Origin: Podarcis pityusensis
Lineage: Eukaryota
Assembly: GCA_964106645.2 (NCBI GenBank)
Contig: CAXKZF020000136.1
DNA: 53,303 nt
Direction: 5' to 3' (one strand)
The position numbers and the translations under genes are program-made. The notes beneath the pieces are model-generated. The model did no database searches. It saw nothing but the letters and a program-made list of their open reading frames with translations, and had not been told where the DNA came from. Positions 21,084 to 30,978 of this stretch are shown in pieces (position 1 is the first letter of the stretch; each line of letters starts with the position of its first letter).

Positions 21084-21878
21084 ATGAACCGTTACGTCGC
21101 GATTGGCAACCGACAGCTTTATCTCGAGCAGTACGGAGAGGCTGGACCCGTTGTCGTTATCGAGGTCGGCCTGGGCTACAAGCCTGGTACGCAACATCAG
21201 GGCTGGTTCCCCATCCGCGACACCCTGGCTGACAGGGCACGCGTTGTCCTCTACGACCGGGCCGGGTACGGCAAGAGCGACGCCCTCCCAACGCCGCCCA
21301 CCTTCACGGATTACGCGATCGACCTGCACGCTCTGCTGCACGCCGCACACCTGCCACCCCCTTACATCCTTGTCGGCGGTTCGATCGGCGGTCCCATCAT
21401 CACGATGTTTGGCCATCTCTTCCCGACCGAGGTGGGTGGCCTCGTCATGGTCGACGCTGCCCATCCAGAACAGTGGGCACGTATGGCAGCGCTTCTCCCG
21501 CCAGGATTAGCTGCTGAGAACCCGGCTGTACGAGAGTTCTATGAGGAAGACATCGCAGCGGTGCTGGACCCGGAGCGAAACGAGGAGGGGATGGACGTCC
21601 TCGGGAGTATCCCGGCCTTACGAAGCGCTACGCTGGGCGACTTACCGCTGATCGTGCTCACTGCCGGTAGGGACGAGTGGGATGAGGGATTTCCGGAGGC
21701 TGTGGCTGCCGACCTCGAGCGCGAATGGCTTGTGATGCAGAACGAACTCGCGGCACTCTCGACCAGGGGCGTCCAGCGGGTCGTCCCGGACAGCGGACAC
21801 TCTATGCACGGCGATCGTCCGGACGCGATCCTCGAGGCCATAGACGAGCTTCTAGGCGAGTGGGGCGGCAGTAAATAG
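21084..21878 (+). CDS. Alpha/beta hydrolase
   Basis: YDRAGYGKSD, GGSIGG, SGHSMH. Confidence 0.9.
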   Translation: MNRYVAIGNRQLYLEQYGEAGPVVVIEVGLGYKPGTQHQGWFPIRDTLADRARVVLYDRAGYGKSDALPTPPTFTDYAIDLHALLHAAHLPPPYILVGGSIGGPIITMFGHLFPTEVGGLVMVDAAHPEQWARMAALLPPGLAAENPAVREFYEEDIAAVLDPERNEEGMDVLGSIPALRSATLGDLPLIVLTAGRDEWDEGFPEAVAADLEREWLVMQNELAALSTRGVQRVVPDSGHSMHGDRPDAILEAIDELLGEWGGSK

Positions 21879-21906
21879 CAGAGAGGGTAATCGCTACACT
21901 AGAAAT

Positions 21907-22365
21907 ATGAATCCTCACCACAACATGCGCGTTGGGACTAACGCCCTGATCGTTCGAGAGAGACACCTCCTGGTCGTGGCCTTCGACGACGCGAGCGGTT
22001 TCCACTACAACCTCCCCAGTGGTGGGGTCGAGGCGGACGAGAGCGTTGTGCAGGCTCTGAAACGCGAGGTGCGTGAGGAAGCCGCGGCTGAGGTTGAGGT
22101 CGGCCCTTTCGCTTACGCCTTCGATTATTTTCCAGCGGCACACGCCGAGCGCTACGGCACGCTCCGCAAGCTCACGCTGTTCTTCTACTGCACCTTGCTT
22201 GACGGCAGCGAACCGCGCATGCCCGAGCAGCCGGACCCCTACCAGGTGGGCGTCGAGTGGTTACCCCTGGACGAGCTCGCGACTGCCCCGTTGCTGCCAC
22301 CTTTGGGCGACCAGTGGCGACCCTTAGTCGAAACTTCATTTATAGCGAACCGTTTTGGCCCGTGA
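21907..22365 (+). CDS. NUDIX hydrolase
   Basis: GGVEADESVVQALKREVREEA Nudix box. Confidence 0.92.
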   Translation: MNPHHNMRVGTNALIVRERHLLVVAFDDASGFHYNLPSGGVEADESVVQALKREVREEAAAEVEVGPFAYAFDYFPAAHAERYGTLRKLTLFFYCTLLDGSEPRMPEQPDPYQVGVEWLPLDELATAPLLPPLGDQWRPLVETSFIANRFGP

Positions 22366-22543
22366 GGCTACTCTCTGAGGGGTGTCCGAAAGTCATGCCG
22401 GGAGACGCTTGAAAGTATTGCCCGTTCTGCTCGGGCGCACAAACCACAAATAACTTTGAGCTAGCGCACACCAAGATGGGTCACGGATATTACTGCCCTT
22501 CCACAAAAGCAGTAAACCGTCCACGGCGCTTATTATTGAGCTC

Positions 22544-23545
22544 GTGTCTCGCCTTAAAAGCATCCTGAAGGACAGCCTCAGAGCGTCGCTAGCGCCGTCG
22601 CTAAGCGCGGCCGTCATACTCGCCGGGGAGCTACACGAGGTGGAAGCCATCGGTGTACGAAAACGAGGAGAGAACCTTCCAGTTCAACCAACGGACAAGT
22701 ATCATCTCGGGTCTTGCGGGCAAGCAATGACCGCCGTATTGGCAGCCAGACTAGTTGATTGGGGCAAGCTTTCGTGGAGTACGACTGTCATCGATGTCTT
22801 TGGCGACCCATCTATACACGCCGATTATGCGGAGGTCACGCTGAAGCAGCTGCTCAATCACGGGTCTAGGTGCCCCGCTTCGGTGAGCGAAGAATTGTGG
22901 CAGAGTTTGGGCCATCGGTCCGCGAGTGAGCAACGCCTCGCCCTAGTCACTGACGTGCTGACCAAACCACCCCACCCCCTCACTGATGAACCTGGCTACA
23001 GCGACGTGAATTACCTCTTAGTGGGGGCCATGATGGAGAAAGCTACAGGTGAAAGTTTTGAAGACCTCCTTCAGGTAGAACTCTTTATTCCGCTCGGCAT
23101 GACCTCAGCAGGGCTTGGTGCGCCAGTCAAGACTGCCACGATCAGCCAACCGTTGGGTCATAACCCAGATCCCGTCGATCCTCTGATCTACGGGGATGAC
23201 CCGAAAGCCTTCACCCCCGTCGGCAGCGTCCACTGCTCCATGAAGGACTGGGCCACCTTCGCGCACCTTTATCTCTCAGCTAAACCCGAACGGTTCGTCT
23301 CAGAGACAAGTCTCGGTTACCTGCGAGGAGAGGCGCCGGGTTGGGTGGCTAACAACAGCCATCCAGATTTTGGACGTGTTCTCTGGCTTGGAGCGGGCAA
23401 TGGCATGTTTTACGCCGCAATCAGCTTGTACCTCGAGACGAAGTCCGCGGTCATGGTGGCAACCAACGTCGGGGGACAAGCCGGTGAAGAGGCGTGCCTG
23501 ACGGCCTCACTTCAGATCGAGCAAAGCTACCTTAAACAGACGTAG
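22544..23545 (+). CDS. Serine hydrolase / beta-lactamase-like protein
   Basis: LGSCGQAMTA, TLKQLLNH, YSDVNYLLVG, LGMTS; SxxK lysine replaced by Q. Confidence 0.8.
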   Translation: MSRLKSILKDSLRASLAPSLSAAVILAGELHEVEAIGVRKRGENLPVQPTDKYHLGSCGQAMTAVLAARLVDWGKLSWSTTVIDVFGDPSIHADYAEVTLKQLLNHGSRCPASVSEELWQSLGHRSASEQRLALVTDVLTKPPHPLTDEPGYSDVNYLLVGAMMEKATGESFEDLLQVELFIPLGMTSAGLGAPVKTATISQPLGHNPDPVDPLIYGDDPKAFTPVGSVHCSMKDWATFAHLYLSAKPERFVSETSLGYLRGEAPGWVANNSHPDFGRVLWLGAGNGMFYAAISLYLETKSAVMVATNVGGQAGEEACLTASLQIEQSYLKQT

Positions 23546-23580
23546 CAGCCGTCACTCCTCCCCGGATACCGACAAAAACT

Positions 23581-24135
23581 TTAGGGCACATCCAGGTATA
23601 GCTCATCGAGCTTAGAGCGTGCGGCGGCGACATCAATGCGGTAGGTGACGAGCTCGAGCGGGTTACCGCCCAAGCTAGTCATAAGCGAGGTACTGACGAC
23701 CCTCCCGCCTAGCGCCTCAGGGATCCTTCGGCTGGCGCTATTCCTGCGGTCAACCGGGTAGATGAACCCTTTCAGGTCGAGATTCTTGGTAGCCCAATTG
23801 ACGAGGGCAAAGACAGCTTCTTTGCCGTAGCCGTGGCCGTGCGCTTGCTTTTTCGTCCAGACGCCAATTTCGGGAACCCTTACCGACTCGTGGCCATGAA
23901 GTCCGCAGCATCCTAAGAATTCTTCGGTAGCTTTCAGAGAAATAGTGAGCTGCAGATTCCTCCCAGCTTCGGTCGCCCTGCGGCCTTCGGTAATGAACTC
24001 GAGAGTGTCCGAGAGCTTCTCGGCGGGTTTGGGGAACATGTAGCGCGTGACGTCGGCGCTAAAGGTATGGAAGATGTCGTTGGCGTCTGCCTCTGTTGTA
24101 TGGATAAGGCGCAGCCTAGGGCTCTCTATAACCAT
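23581..24135 (-). CDS. GNAT acetyltransferase (RimJ/RimL-type)
   Basis: IESPRLRL, HGHGYGKEA, NSASRRIPEALGG. Confidence 0.9.
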   Translation of the reverse strand: MVIESPRLRLIHTTEADANDIFHTFSADVTRYMFPKPAEKLSDTLEFITEGRRATEAGRNLQLTISLKATEEFLGCCGLHGHESVRVPEIGVWTKKQAHGHGYGKEAVFALVNWATKNLDLKGFIYPVDRRNSASRRIPEALGGRVVSTSLMTSLGGNPLELVTYRIDVAAARSKLDELYLDVP

Positions 24136-24340
24136 GCTGAGGAGGTCCAGGGGGATTCTAGAGCGAGACTGGAAGCGGCACATGCAGTAAGTGTAGCGGG
24201 TTCGATCTGTTGCTTAACTCGTTCCTGTTGCAGTGTGTAGCGAAACGAGTAGAGCTTAAGAGCGACCGAAACCCACAATCCACTCGGCAAGTTGACAACC
24301 CATAAAGGACGTTATAGCTTGTTAACTGAAAAAACGTTGC

Positions 24341-25591
24341 CTATGCCCAATCTCTAATAGGACTCAGCTCTCTAGGCTGCTCGAGAACGATAAAACCCTC
24401 TACTCTGTCAATCTCTGACGTGCCGTACGGGTTTCCCACAGCATACTCGAGGCGGATGTATGTTTTACCTCCAAGCACAGGGCTAAGTTCTAAACTGTAG
24501 ATGCTTTCTGCAATTCCGCCCTCGTTTTCCACACCTCGCACAAGGCGGTCTACCAGATAGACGCGACCGAGAGAAGGGAAAAGCTCATCAACCCTCTGGT
24601 GGTCCTTCAATTGGGCATATAGCTTTGGCAAGTAAAAAGATGGGCGCTCAGGTTCCCGGCGGCTGAACGAGTGTCCGTATACATCCGGCATAGGTTCGTT
24701 AAATAACAGGGCCCTTACGTATGCTCTAACGAGATCATGCCCAGAATGGTTGTTTATGCTTCCCAGTTGCGTGAAGGTATGCCGACGAAACTGGCGTGGC
24801 GCTCCGAGCTGGTCTCGCTGGATCTCGATATCAAGCACGTACTCGCGTTGGTAACGTCCTCGCCCTTCCTCCCGCACAGATATTTGTGATGTTAGCGAGA
24901 CTTCCGTGCCCACAATCAATACTTCACTACGGCCAAATCCTTGTGCAAAGCTCTTGAGGTAAGAGACAATTTGCGGGTCGCGGGTCGCTGTATAGATCTG
25001 TATGGTGGATCCCGCTTGTTGCCAACTCTTTATTGGGAAAACTGCTTGACCCAGCTTTGCCCATTCAAGCGAGTCCGCCTGAGCACGCTTATGGAGACCT
25101 TCTTTAATAAGTTCCTCAAGTTGCCCGAGGCTACGGAAGCGCGCAGCAACACGTTGTGGGTCAAGCTGACGCATGAACGCCTCGAGCTGAGGTTCTCGCT
25201 GAAGTCCTTCTTCTTCCTTGCGGTAGACGAGAATAGGCTTGAGCGCCTCTACGGCAGCGTCATACTCCACATGTGTGGCAGAGCGCCCCACCATGCTTGG
25301 AATAGAGGCTCCGTAGCGCTCACCAAGTAGAAGCACGACGATATCGGCCCGGCTTACTTCGGGCACGTAAACACCGGCGGGATCGCTTGTAGTCGAGAAG
25401 CCTTCAAAAAAGCGAGGGTTCGCGCCAACAGTTCGGATGATAGATGCCACCTGCCTGCGCTCGAGTTGTAGGTCGATCATCGTTGAAGAGATGAAAATGT
25501 TCTTACCTGCTGACCACTGGGGCACTTCAGTTTCGCTAAAGGAAGGTAACGGAGAGGTCAGATCAATAAGTAGTTCTTGTGGATTTGGCAT
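24341..25591 (-). CDS. DUF4062 (TIR/nucleoside deoxyribosyltransferase-like) domain protein
   Basis: IFISSTMIDLQLER, VLLLGERYG, SATHVEYDAA; unknown C-terminal region. Confidence 0.85.
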   Translation of the reverse strand: MPNPQELLIDLTSPLPSFSETEVPQWSAGKNIFISSTMIDLQLERRQVASIIRTVGANPRFFEGFSTTSDPAGVYVPEVSRADIVVLLLGERYGASIPSMVGRSATHVEYDAAVEALKPILVYRKEEEGLQREPQLEAFMRQLDPQRVAARFRSLGQLEELIKEGLHKRAQADSLEWAKLGQAVFPIKSWQQAGSTIQIYTATRDPQIVSYLKSFAQGFGRSEVLIVGTEVSLTSQISVREEGRGRYQREYVLDIEIQRDQLGAPRQFRRHTFTQLGSINNHSGHDLVRAYVRALLFNEPMPDVYGHSFSRREPERPSFYLPKLYAQLKDHQRVDELFPSLGRVYLVDRLVRGVENEGGIAESIYSLELSPVLGGKTYIRLEYAVGNPYGTSEIDRVEGFIVLEQPRELSPIRDWA

Positions 25592-25706
25592 TTACACTCC
25601 GCTCTAGCACGTCAGACCTGCAAAATAGCAAAGATACGACCATAAATGGGTGGTTCAACGCCCTACTCAAGAAGTCTCAGAGCGCTGAGTCAACGAGTAA
25701 GCAGTA

Positions 25707-26684
25707 TTAATACTGGATCTTAAAGGTGGGGCTGTCCTCCGGTTTCATATGTCTACGGTCGTAAAGCCGAGTCGTCGAGATGTTGGCGTGCCCCAGCCAC
25801 TCCTGCACCTTGGCGATGTCCGCCTGGTGCTCGAGCGCGTTAGTAGCAGCAGTCGCCCTCATAGCGTGAACACACAACCCGTCCACTTCAGCGTCTATGC
25901 CTAACGCCTTAGCGTAGGGCTTGATAATCGATTTGAGGACCGAATCGGGATAGAGATGCTTGTTGAGCGTGCCCGTGACGTTATTCCTGACCGGACGGAA
26001 AAGAGCACCGTCCCTATCTTCTAGATGACCTGCCACCTCGAGGTAGCCCTGAATAAGCCTTAAAGCCTTCGCCGCTGCAGGCACGAAACGAGTCTTGCCA
26101 CCCTTGCCCTGGATTCTGAAATGCACCACCCCTTGCCGCTGATGGATGTCTCGGACCCGCAGCTTAACGAGTTCCTCCCGGCGAATGCCGTGGTATAGGA
26201 GCGTCGCCAAGATAGCTCTGTCCCGAAGCCCTTTAAGCGTGTCCTCGGGCGGAGCCTCGAGCAGTCTTCTCGCCTGAGCGTCACTGAGCGCCGGAGTATG
26301 GCCTTCGTTGGCTCCTTCGTTGGGGCGGGTCACGCCATTGACCGGATTGTGGGTCACGGCGTTGGCTTCACAGAGGCTATCGAACAGGGACGACAACGCC
26401 GAGAGCTTACGGCGGATCGTGGCAGGGGAGAGGCCCTTACCTTCCAGATCCTTGCGCCAGGCGATGACGTGCGCGCGGGTGACGAGCCGGTACTCCTCGA
26501 CCTGCCGTATGCCGATGAAGAGGCTGAAGTCCCTAACGTCCCTTTCGTACGCCCGGCGGGTGTTGGCATTGCGGATGTTGGCAAACCAGGTGACCTCAGG
26601 AGGAAGCTCGGCAAGACCCTGAAACTCCGACAGGGTGAGGCGGCGAGGCTCGATCGGTTCATAGGTTGGGGCGAGGTCAGCCAT
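25707..26684 (-). CDS. Tyrosine recombinase / resolvase
   Basis: [35 protein letters not shown]. Confidence 0.95.
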   Translation of the reverse strand: MADLAPTYEPIEPRRLTLSEFQGLAELPPEVTWFANIRNANTRRAYERDVRDFSLFIGIRQVEEYRLVTRAHVIAWRKDLEGKGLSPATIRRKLSALSSLFDSLCEANAVTHNPVNGVTRPNEGANEGHTPALSDAQARRLLEAPPEDTLKGLRDRAILATLLYHGIRREELVKLRVRDIHQRQGVVHFRIQGKGGKTRFVPAAAKALRLIQGYLEVAGHLEDRDGALFRPVRNNVTGTLNKHLYPDSVLKSIIKPYAKALGIDAEVDGLCVHAMRATAATNALEHQADIAKVQEWLGHANISTTRLYDRRHMKPEDSPTFKIQY

Positions 26685-26693
26685 AAGGTCTCC

Positions 26694-27050
26694 CTAAACG
26701 TGGATGATGAGGGCGTCACGGGCCAGCTCAACGTAACTGTGGGTCTCATAGAGCTCGGCCAGTTGCTCGAGCCGATTGGTCACCAACTCGAACAGCTCGG
26801 TGTTGCGGATGTTGCCGGTACTGACAAGTAAGAGCTTATAGGGTCGCCCTTGCAGTGTGAACGACTGTACGAAGTCAGCGTCTTTAGTGACGACGATACG
26901 CTGCTCCGCAATAGACAGCGCGTTGATCTCGCTATCCTTAGTAGCGTTTGCACGTGGCAGGTTATGAGTGTGGACGGTGTCATAGCCCGTGGCCTGCATA
27001 GCCCTTGCCAGTTTGAGCGGTAGGTGCGCATCCACGAGAAACCGCGTCAC
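26694..27050 (-). CDS. DUF5615 PIN-like toxin (VapC45-type)
   Basis: FLVDAHLP, IVVTKDADF. Confidence 0.9.
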   Translation of the reverse strand: MTRFLVDAHLPLKLARAMQATGYDTVHTHNLPRANATKDSEINALSIAEQRIVVTKDADFVQSFTLQGRPYKLLLVSTGNIRNTELFELVTNRLEQLAELYETHSYVELARDALIIHV

Positions 27051-27292
27051 ACAATCTTTTGGATACTCTTGACCTGACTGAGCTTGGCGGCATAGAGCAA
27101 GGCAGCATGGATGTCCTCACGCTCGAGGTCGTCGTAGTCCTCTAGAATCTCCTCTGCGCTCATGCCGCTGCTGAGGAGTTCCAAGATCAGCTCGACTGGG
27201 TAACGCAGGCCCCGGATGCTGGGCTTGCCGTGGCTCACGTCTGGGTCCACGGTGATGCGCGACAACAGGGGATTAAGTGTCATAGCGTTCAT
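27047..27292 (-). CDS. DUF433 antitoxin
   Basis: RITVDPDVSHGKPSIRGLRYPV..EEILEDY. Confidence 0.92.
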   Translation of the reverse strand: MNAMTLNPLLSRITVDPDVSHGKPSIRGLRYPVELILELLSSGMSAEEILEDYDDLEREDIHAALLYAAKLSQVKSIQKIV

Positions 27293-27332
27293 TGTACAGC
27301 TCTGCCTTTCAACATCTCTGATGGCATAGGCT

Positions 27333-28106
27333 TCAAGCGAACAAAGGTGGCTGTACAGCAGCAACTTTTGGAGGAAACGATGAGGCGAACAGCGCTACCA
27401 CTCTCGAGTCGTTTGAAGCGGCCCGCATCGTCCTCTTAACAACTCTGTTGCCGCTCGCATACGGTAGGGAAGCTTTCTCTTCGATGTCCCCATACCAGGC
27501 TCCGTGGATCTCATGACTCGCTTCGATGCGATAATCTTTACGGAGGGAATAGCGCGTGGTAGTGCAGCCAAACTCAATCACGCCGTCCTGGCGCAGGATG
27601 AGTCCCCAGGCGTCCATATCTTGAGAACGCAGAACCCGCATCAGACACGCCGCCAAAGACCCAGCTCTGCCCGAGAGGGCAAACACTGCTTCAGGGTCAT
27701 AGCCGTGCCGCGTTACTACCTCTGCAAGCACATGATCCGGAACTAGCAAAATACTGGCGGCCTCATTGCAAAGTTCTTCTTCCAAAGCTTGAGCAACTTC
27801 CTCGCCGTACTTGTCCTCTAACAACGCTCTGAAACACTCGTCTGAACCTGAGAACAGCTCGTGACAAACCTCATGTAGACCAGTGAAAAGCTGACGGTTT
27901 AGGGGAGCAGTCGGGTCATAGGTGATTAAGGAAAGCCCTTTCAGGGTGGTGTGTTGGTTTGAAGATCCGATTGCTACCTTGACCCCCAATACTTCGCACA
28001 GTGAGAGCCAGTTTAACGAGTAACCGCTAAGTCGATGAAACACACGCACATGCGTAAGAAACTCAGAACGGATCTGGCGGTAGTCAGGGTCCTCGACATG
28101 GCTCAT
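27333..28106 (-). CDS. ImmA/IrrE family zinc metallopeptidase
   Basis: RQLFTGLHEVCHELF (HExxH), EELCNEAASILLVP. Confidence 0.88.
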   Translation of the reverse strand: MSHVEDPDYRQIRSEFLTHVRVFHRLSGYSLNWLSLCEVLGVKVAIGSSNQHTTLKGLSLITYDPTAPLNRQLFTGLHEVCHELFSGSDECFRALLEDKYGEEVAQALEEELCNEAASILLVPDHVLAEVVTRHGYDPEAVFALSGRAGSLAACLMRVLRSQDMDAWGLILRQDGVIEFGCTTTRYSLRKDYRIEASHEIHGAWYGDIEEKASLPYASGNRVVKRTMRAASNDSRVVALFASSFPPKVAAVQPPLFA

Positions 28107-28498
28107 GCGCCACTACCAAGCGCTTGTCTCATCGAAGCAAAAATGGGCAACCAATCATCGGTCTCTTTCGGGTATTGCCCCCTCAACTTGACGTTGGCGA
28201 GCGCCCGTTGCCATTCAGGATCGGCCAACTCTGGATTAGTGCCTTGGTACTTTTTGATGAAACTATTCAAGCTGTTGGGTAACTGTAAGCTCGAGGATCC
28301 ATCGACCGCATCGGTGATCTCGTTCATTGGCATCTTGAGCGCATCTGCAATCCGCTGGATCACCTCAATAGTGGGGCTGGATTCATCTTTTTCGATCTTG
28401 ACTAGGTAGGCCACCGAGATGTCGGCTTCGGCAGCTAGGCTTCGCAACGATTTCTCTTGCGCCTTTCTCAAACTTTGAATTTGGTCACCAACGGTCAT
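28103..28498 (-). CDS. XRE family HTH regulator
   Basis: IQSLRKAQEKSLRSLA..ISVAYLVKIEKD. Confidence 0.92.
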   Translation of the reverse strand: MTVGDQIQSLRKAQEKSLRSLAAEADISVAYLVKIEKDESSPTIEVIQRIADALKMPMNEITDAVDGSSSLQLPNSLNSFIKKYQGTNPELADPEWQRALANVKLRGQYPKETDDWLPIFASMRQALGSGA

Positions 28499-28670
28499 TC
28501 CGGCACATATACCCTTCGACACAAAAATCTATGTACTACGTTGTAGCACGCAGGACGTGTCCATGTAAATCTAGGTTTGACAACAAACCAGATTTGTTGT
28601 AGTGTCTCAGAGTACAAAGTGGAGTTTCCTGTACACGTTGGTAGCACACTTTAATCAAAGGAGGTTGGCA

Positions 28671-28889
28671 ATGGCACGACGGTGGAGAGGCAACATGAAC
28701 GGTGAACAGTATCTCGCCAACAAGAATACTAGGAGCCGCGAGGTCCATGATCTCGACAACGAAAAGACAAGCTGCCAGATTGACGAGATCATTCGAGCAG
28801 GAAACGATAAGCCTTACACATCGCACTCGGCGGCACGAGCTGATGGATACGACAACTGTTATTACTGCCTCGGCAGCTCAACGCGTTAA
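28671..28889 (+). CDS. Small Cys/His protein (Ada-like zinc-binding)
   Basis: AGGAGG RBS; EVHDL..CQI..GYDNCYYC. Confidence 0.65.
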   Translation: MARRWRGNMNGEQYLANKNTRSREVHDLDNEKTSCQIDEIIRAGNDKPYTSHSAARADGYDNCYYCLGSSTR

Positions 28890-28900
28890 GGGAGCCTTCG

Positions 28901-29206
28901 ATGTCTGTGAAATTCAAGATGAACCCTGCGTTTGAGCGAAAGCTGAAAGATTTAGCTAAACCTAAGCAAGTCTCGCTCGAAGAGCTGATGCCCTCTACCT
29001 TCATGCGAGCTAACACTCAGTTCCAAAGCATTCAGGAGATGTTCGACAAGAGCGAGTTCACGGACGTTGATCTAGAAGCGCTGCCGAGCATTTTTGAGAG
29101 TAGCGCTTGGAGCAGCTACGTAGGTCAGCGTACGCGCTTCAAAGACTGGAATGACATGCTAGCGGTAGCCGCAGCTGAAAATATGAAGAAGCGCTTAGGC
29201 TCCTAG
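28901..29206 (+). CDS. Hypothetical protein
   Basis: GGAG RBS; 101-aa ORF followed by a hairpin. Confidence 0.7.
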   Translation: MSVKFKMNPAFERKLKDLAKPKQVSLEELMPSTFMRANTQFQSIQEMFDKSEFTDVDLEALPSIFESSAWSSYVGQRTRFKDWNDMLAVAAAENMKKRLGS

Positions 29207-29238
29207 CCTTGCTCAGACGCCTACTGCGTCTGAGCAGG
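29207..29238 (+). terminator. Hairpin after the small-gene operon
   Basis: CCTTGCTCAGACGC-CTACT-GCGTCTGAGCAGG (no clear U-tract). Confidence 0.45.
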
Positions 29239-29309
29239 AGCTACTAAGAACACATGAGGTAAAGTTCTCTCTATTTAAAAGATAGGCACAGATACACTCA
29301 TTAGTAGAG

Positions 29310-29777
29310 ATGCTGAAGCAGCGCAAGCTTGCCGAATTGAATGATCGCCGAGGCTTGACCTACGAGGTTTGGGCGCCAGAGCACGAGGACTTACTCCATA
29401 TTGAACGTTTGAACGTGCGATTTGAAGGCAAGCAGGTTGCATACGTCAATTTGGGCCGCGGGCAAGCCGATTACCTACACTTGCTTGACATCCATATTGA
29501 AGAGACGGTGCAGCTCCCTCCTCGCTCCTGGCTCGAACGCGTGAAGCATGTGATGGGAAAACCACGTAAGTTGCCCTTAAGGCGGAACGGGCTAGGGAGC
29601 GCGCTTCTGCATTATGTAATTACTATTGCAGGGGGGTGGGGCTACCGAGAGATCCGAGGGGAAATCTCTTCTAGCGATGATTGTCTCGAGCTGCGCCGCT
29701 GGTACCAGGATCACGGATTTGAGATACTCCTTGCTGAGCAGGTCCGGTGGACAGCGCTAATCTTGAAAAAGCTTTAA
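29310..29777 (+). CDS. GNAT-fold protein
   Basis: RRNGLGSALL, WYQDHGF. Confidence 0.75.
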   Translation: MLKQRKLAELNDRRGLTYEVWAPEHEDLLHIERLNVRFEGKQVAYVNLGRGQADYLHLLDIHIEETVQLPPRSWLERVKHVMGKPRKLPLRRNGLGSALLHYVITIAGGWGYREIRGEISSSDDCLELRRWYQDHGFEILLAEQVRWTALILKKL

Positions 29778-29926
29778 GGTTCGACAGAACTTGGTTTACC
29801 CCCGATAAAATACATTATCAGGGGTGGATGAGTTAAATATACCGGCAAAGTTATCAAGCTAAACCCAGAATGATGCAAAAACCCAAGCGATGTGCTATTA
29901 TGAACCACATTGTATGGAGTTGACCT

Positions 29927-30178
29927 TTGCCCACTATCGACAGAGAAGGTCCTTTTCGGGTGATCATCTATCCTAACGACCACGAGCCTGCGCACGTTCA
30001 CCTGCTCACCAGTGATGGAACCATAATTATTAACCTCCTCGGTAACGAAGGCCAGCCGGAACTACGCGAGCTTTATGGAGATGTTAGCAGACGCGTTATT
30101 AGACAGGCTCTCGAGCTTACAAACCGGAAACAGGAGCAGTACCTTGCGCGGTGGCAAGACCTACACGGAGACAAGTAA
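29927..30178 (+). CDS. DUF4160 protein (HicA-like toxin)
   Basis: MPTI..FRVIIYPNDHEPAHVH. Confidence 0.88.
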   Translation: MPTIDREGPFRVIIYPNDHEPAHVHLLTSDGTIIINLLGNEGQPELRELYGDVSRRVIRQALELTNRKQEQYLARWQDLHGDK

Positions 30179-30963
30179 TGTCCAACGTAATTTTAGAAGA
30201 GCAAATTAAACAAGCTAAGGCTTTAGGAAGGCAGAGACTTCGCCAAGGGCCTCTCGCGCTTGGTGCTGAGATTTCCGACGAGATGGATGAGCTCATCCTT
30301 ACACTCTCCAGCGGTGAGGTGCTTCGCCTTCCTACTAATCAATTGCAGGGACTCGCTGAAGCCCCTGGCGAGGCGCTTAGAAATGTTGAAATTGTGTCGG
30401 GCGGTCTGGGTCTTCATTGGGAAGAGTTAGATGCCGACCTTCTCGTCCCTGAGCTTGTTAGAGGAATCTATGGTACCCAAAGTTGGATGCGTGCTATTGG
30501 GGAACGCGGGGGTAAAGCAAGGACCGACGTTAAGAGCCAGGCTGCCCGAGATAACGGTGCTAAAGGTGGGCGACCCCGCATATCAAAAGGTCGCCTTCAA
30601 GGTAAGTGCTACATTCTATCTGTCGAGAATAAGATTGTGGATCGACGGACCCAGTGGGTTGGCGTTTTGAGGGCGAACAATGGACGGTCGTTGCTTCAGA
30701 CAGAAGTTTTTTCAGAAAGAAATGCTGTTGTAGATTGTTGGAATGCAATCAAACGGCTAGCTGTCAATGATCATCTATGCTTTGAGAGACAAGCGGTTGA
30801 TAGGAGATGGCAGTTTGAAATCCGGACCTGTGACGGTAAGCCTTTAGGCATCTCTGCCCCCTATGCCAGTAAAAGCACAGCCAGTCGTGCCCAAACTATG
30901 TTGAGCGCAGCGATAGGTGTATCGCGTTTTGATGAACCGCAACTAGAGGGTATATGTCTTTAA
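30178..30963 (+). CDS. DUF2442 antitoxin fused to tandem YegP/DUF1508-like domains
   Basis: GLHWEELDADL, AARDNGAKGGRPR, then two W.F.L.A.NG..(I/L)..S..Y-like repeats. Confidence 0.75.
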   Translation: MSNVILEEQIKQAKALGRQRLRQGPLALGAEISDEMDELILTLSSGEVLRLPTNQLQGLAEAPGEALRNVEIVSGGLGLHWEELDADLLVPELVRGIYGTQSWMRAIGERGGKARTDVKSQAARDNGAKGGRPRISKGRLQGKCYILSVENKIVDRRTQWVGVLRANNGRSLLQTEVFSERNAVVDCWNAIKRLAVNDHLCFERQAVDRRWQFEIRTCDGKPLGISAPYASKSTASRAQTMLSAAIGVSRFDEPQLEGICL

Positions 30964-30978
30964 CCACAGCAGATTTGT

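Noticed and set aside
16506-23545. Bona fide antibiotic-resistance genes (APH, beta-lactamase)
   Set aside because: Only superfamily-level motifs; the serine hydrolase lacks the catalytic lysine
10978-24183. Integron cassette array of small resistance-like genes
   Set aside because: Mixed orientations, no repeated attC-like sites seen, and the recombinase lacks obvious IntI features
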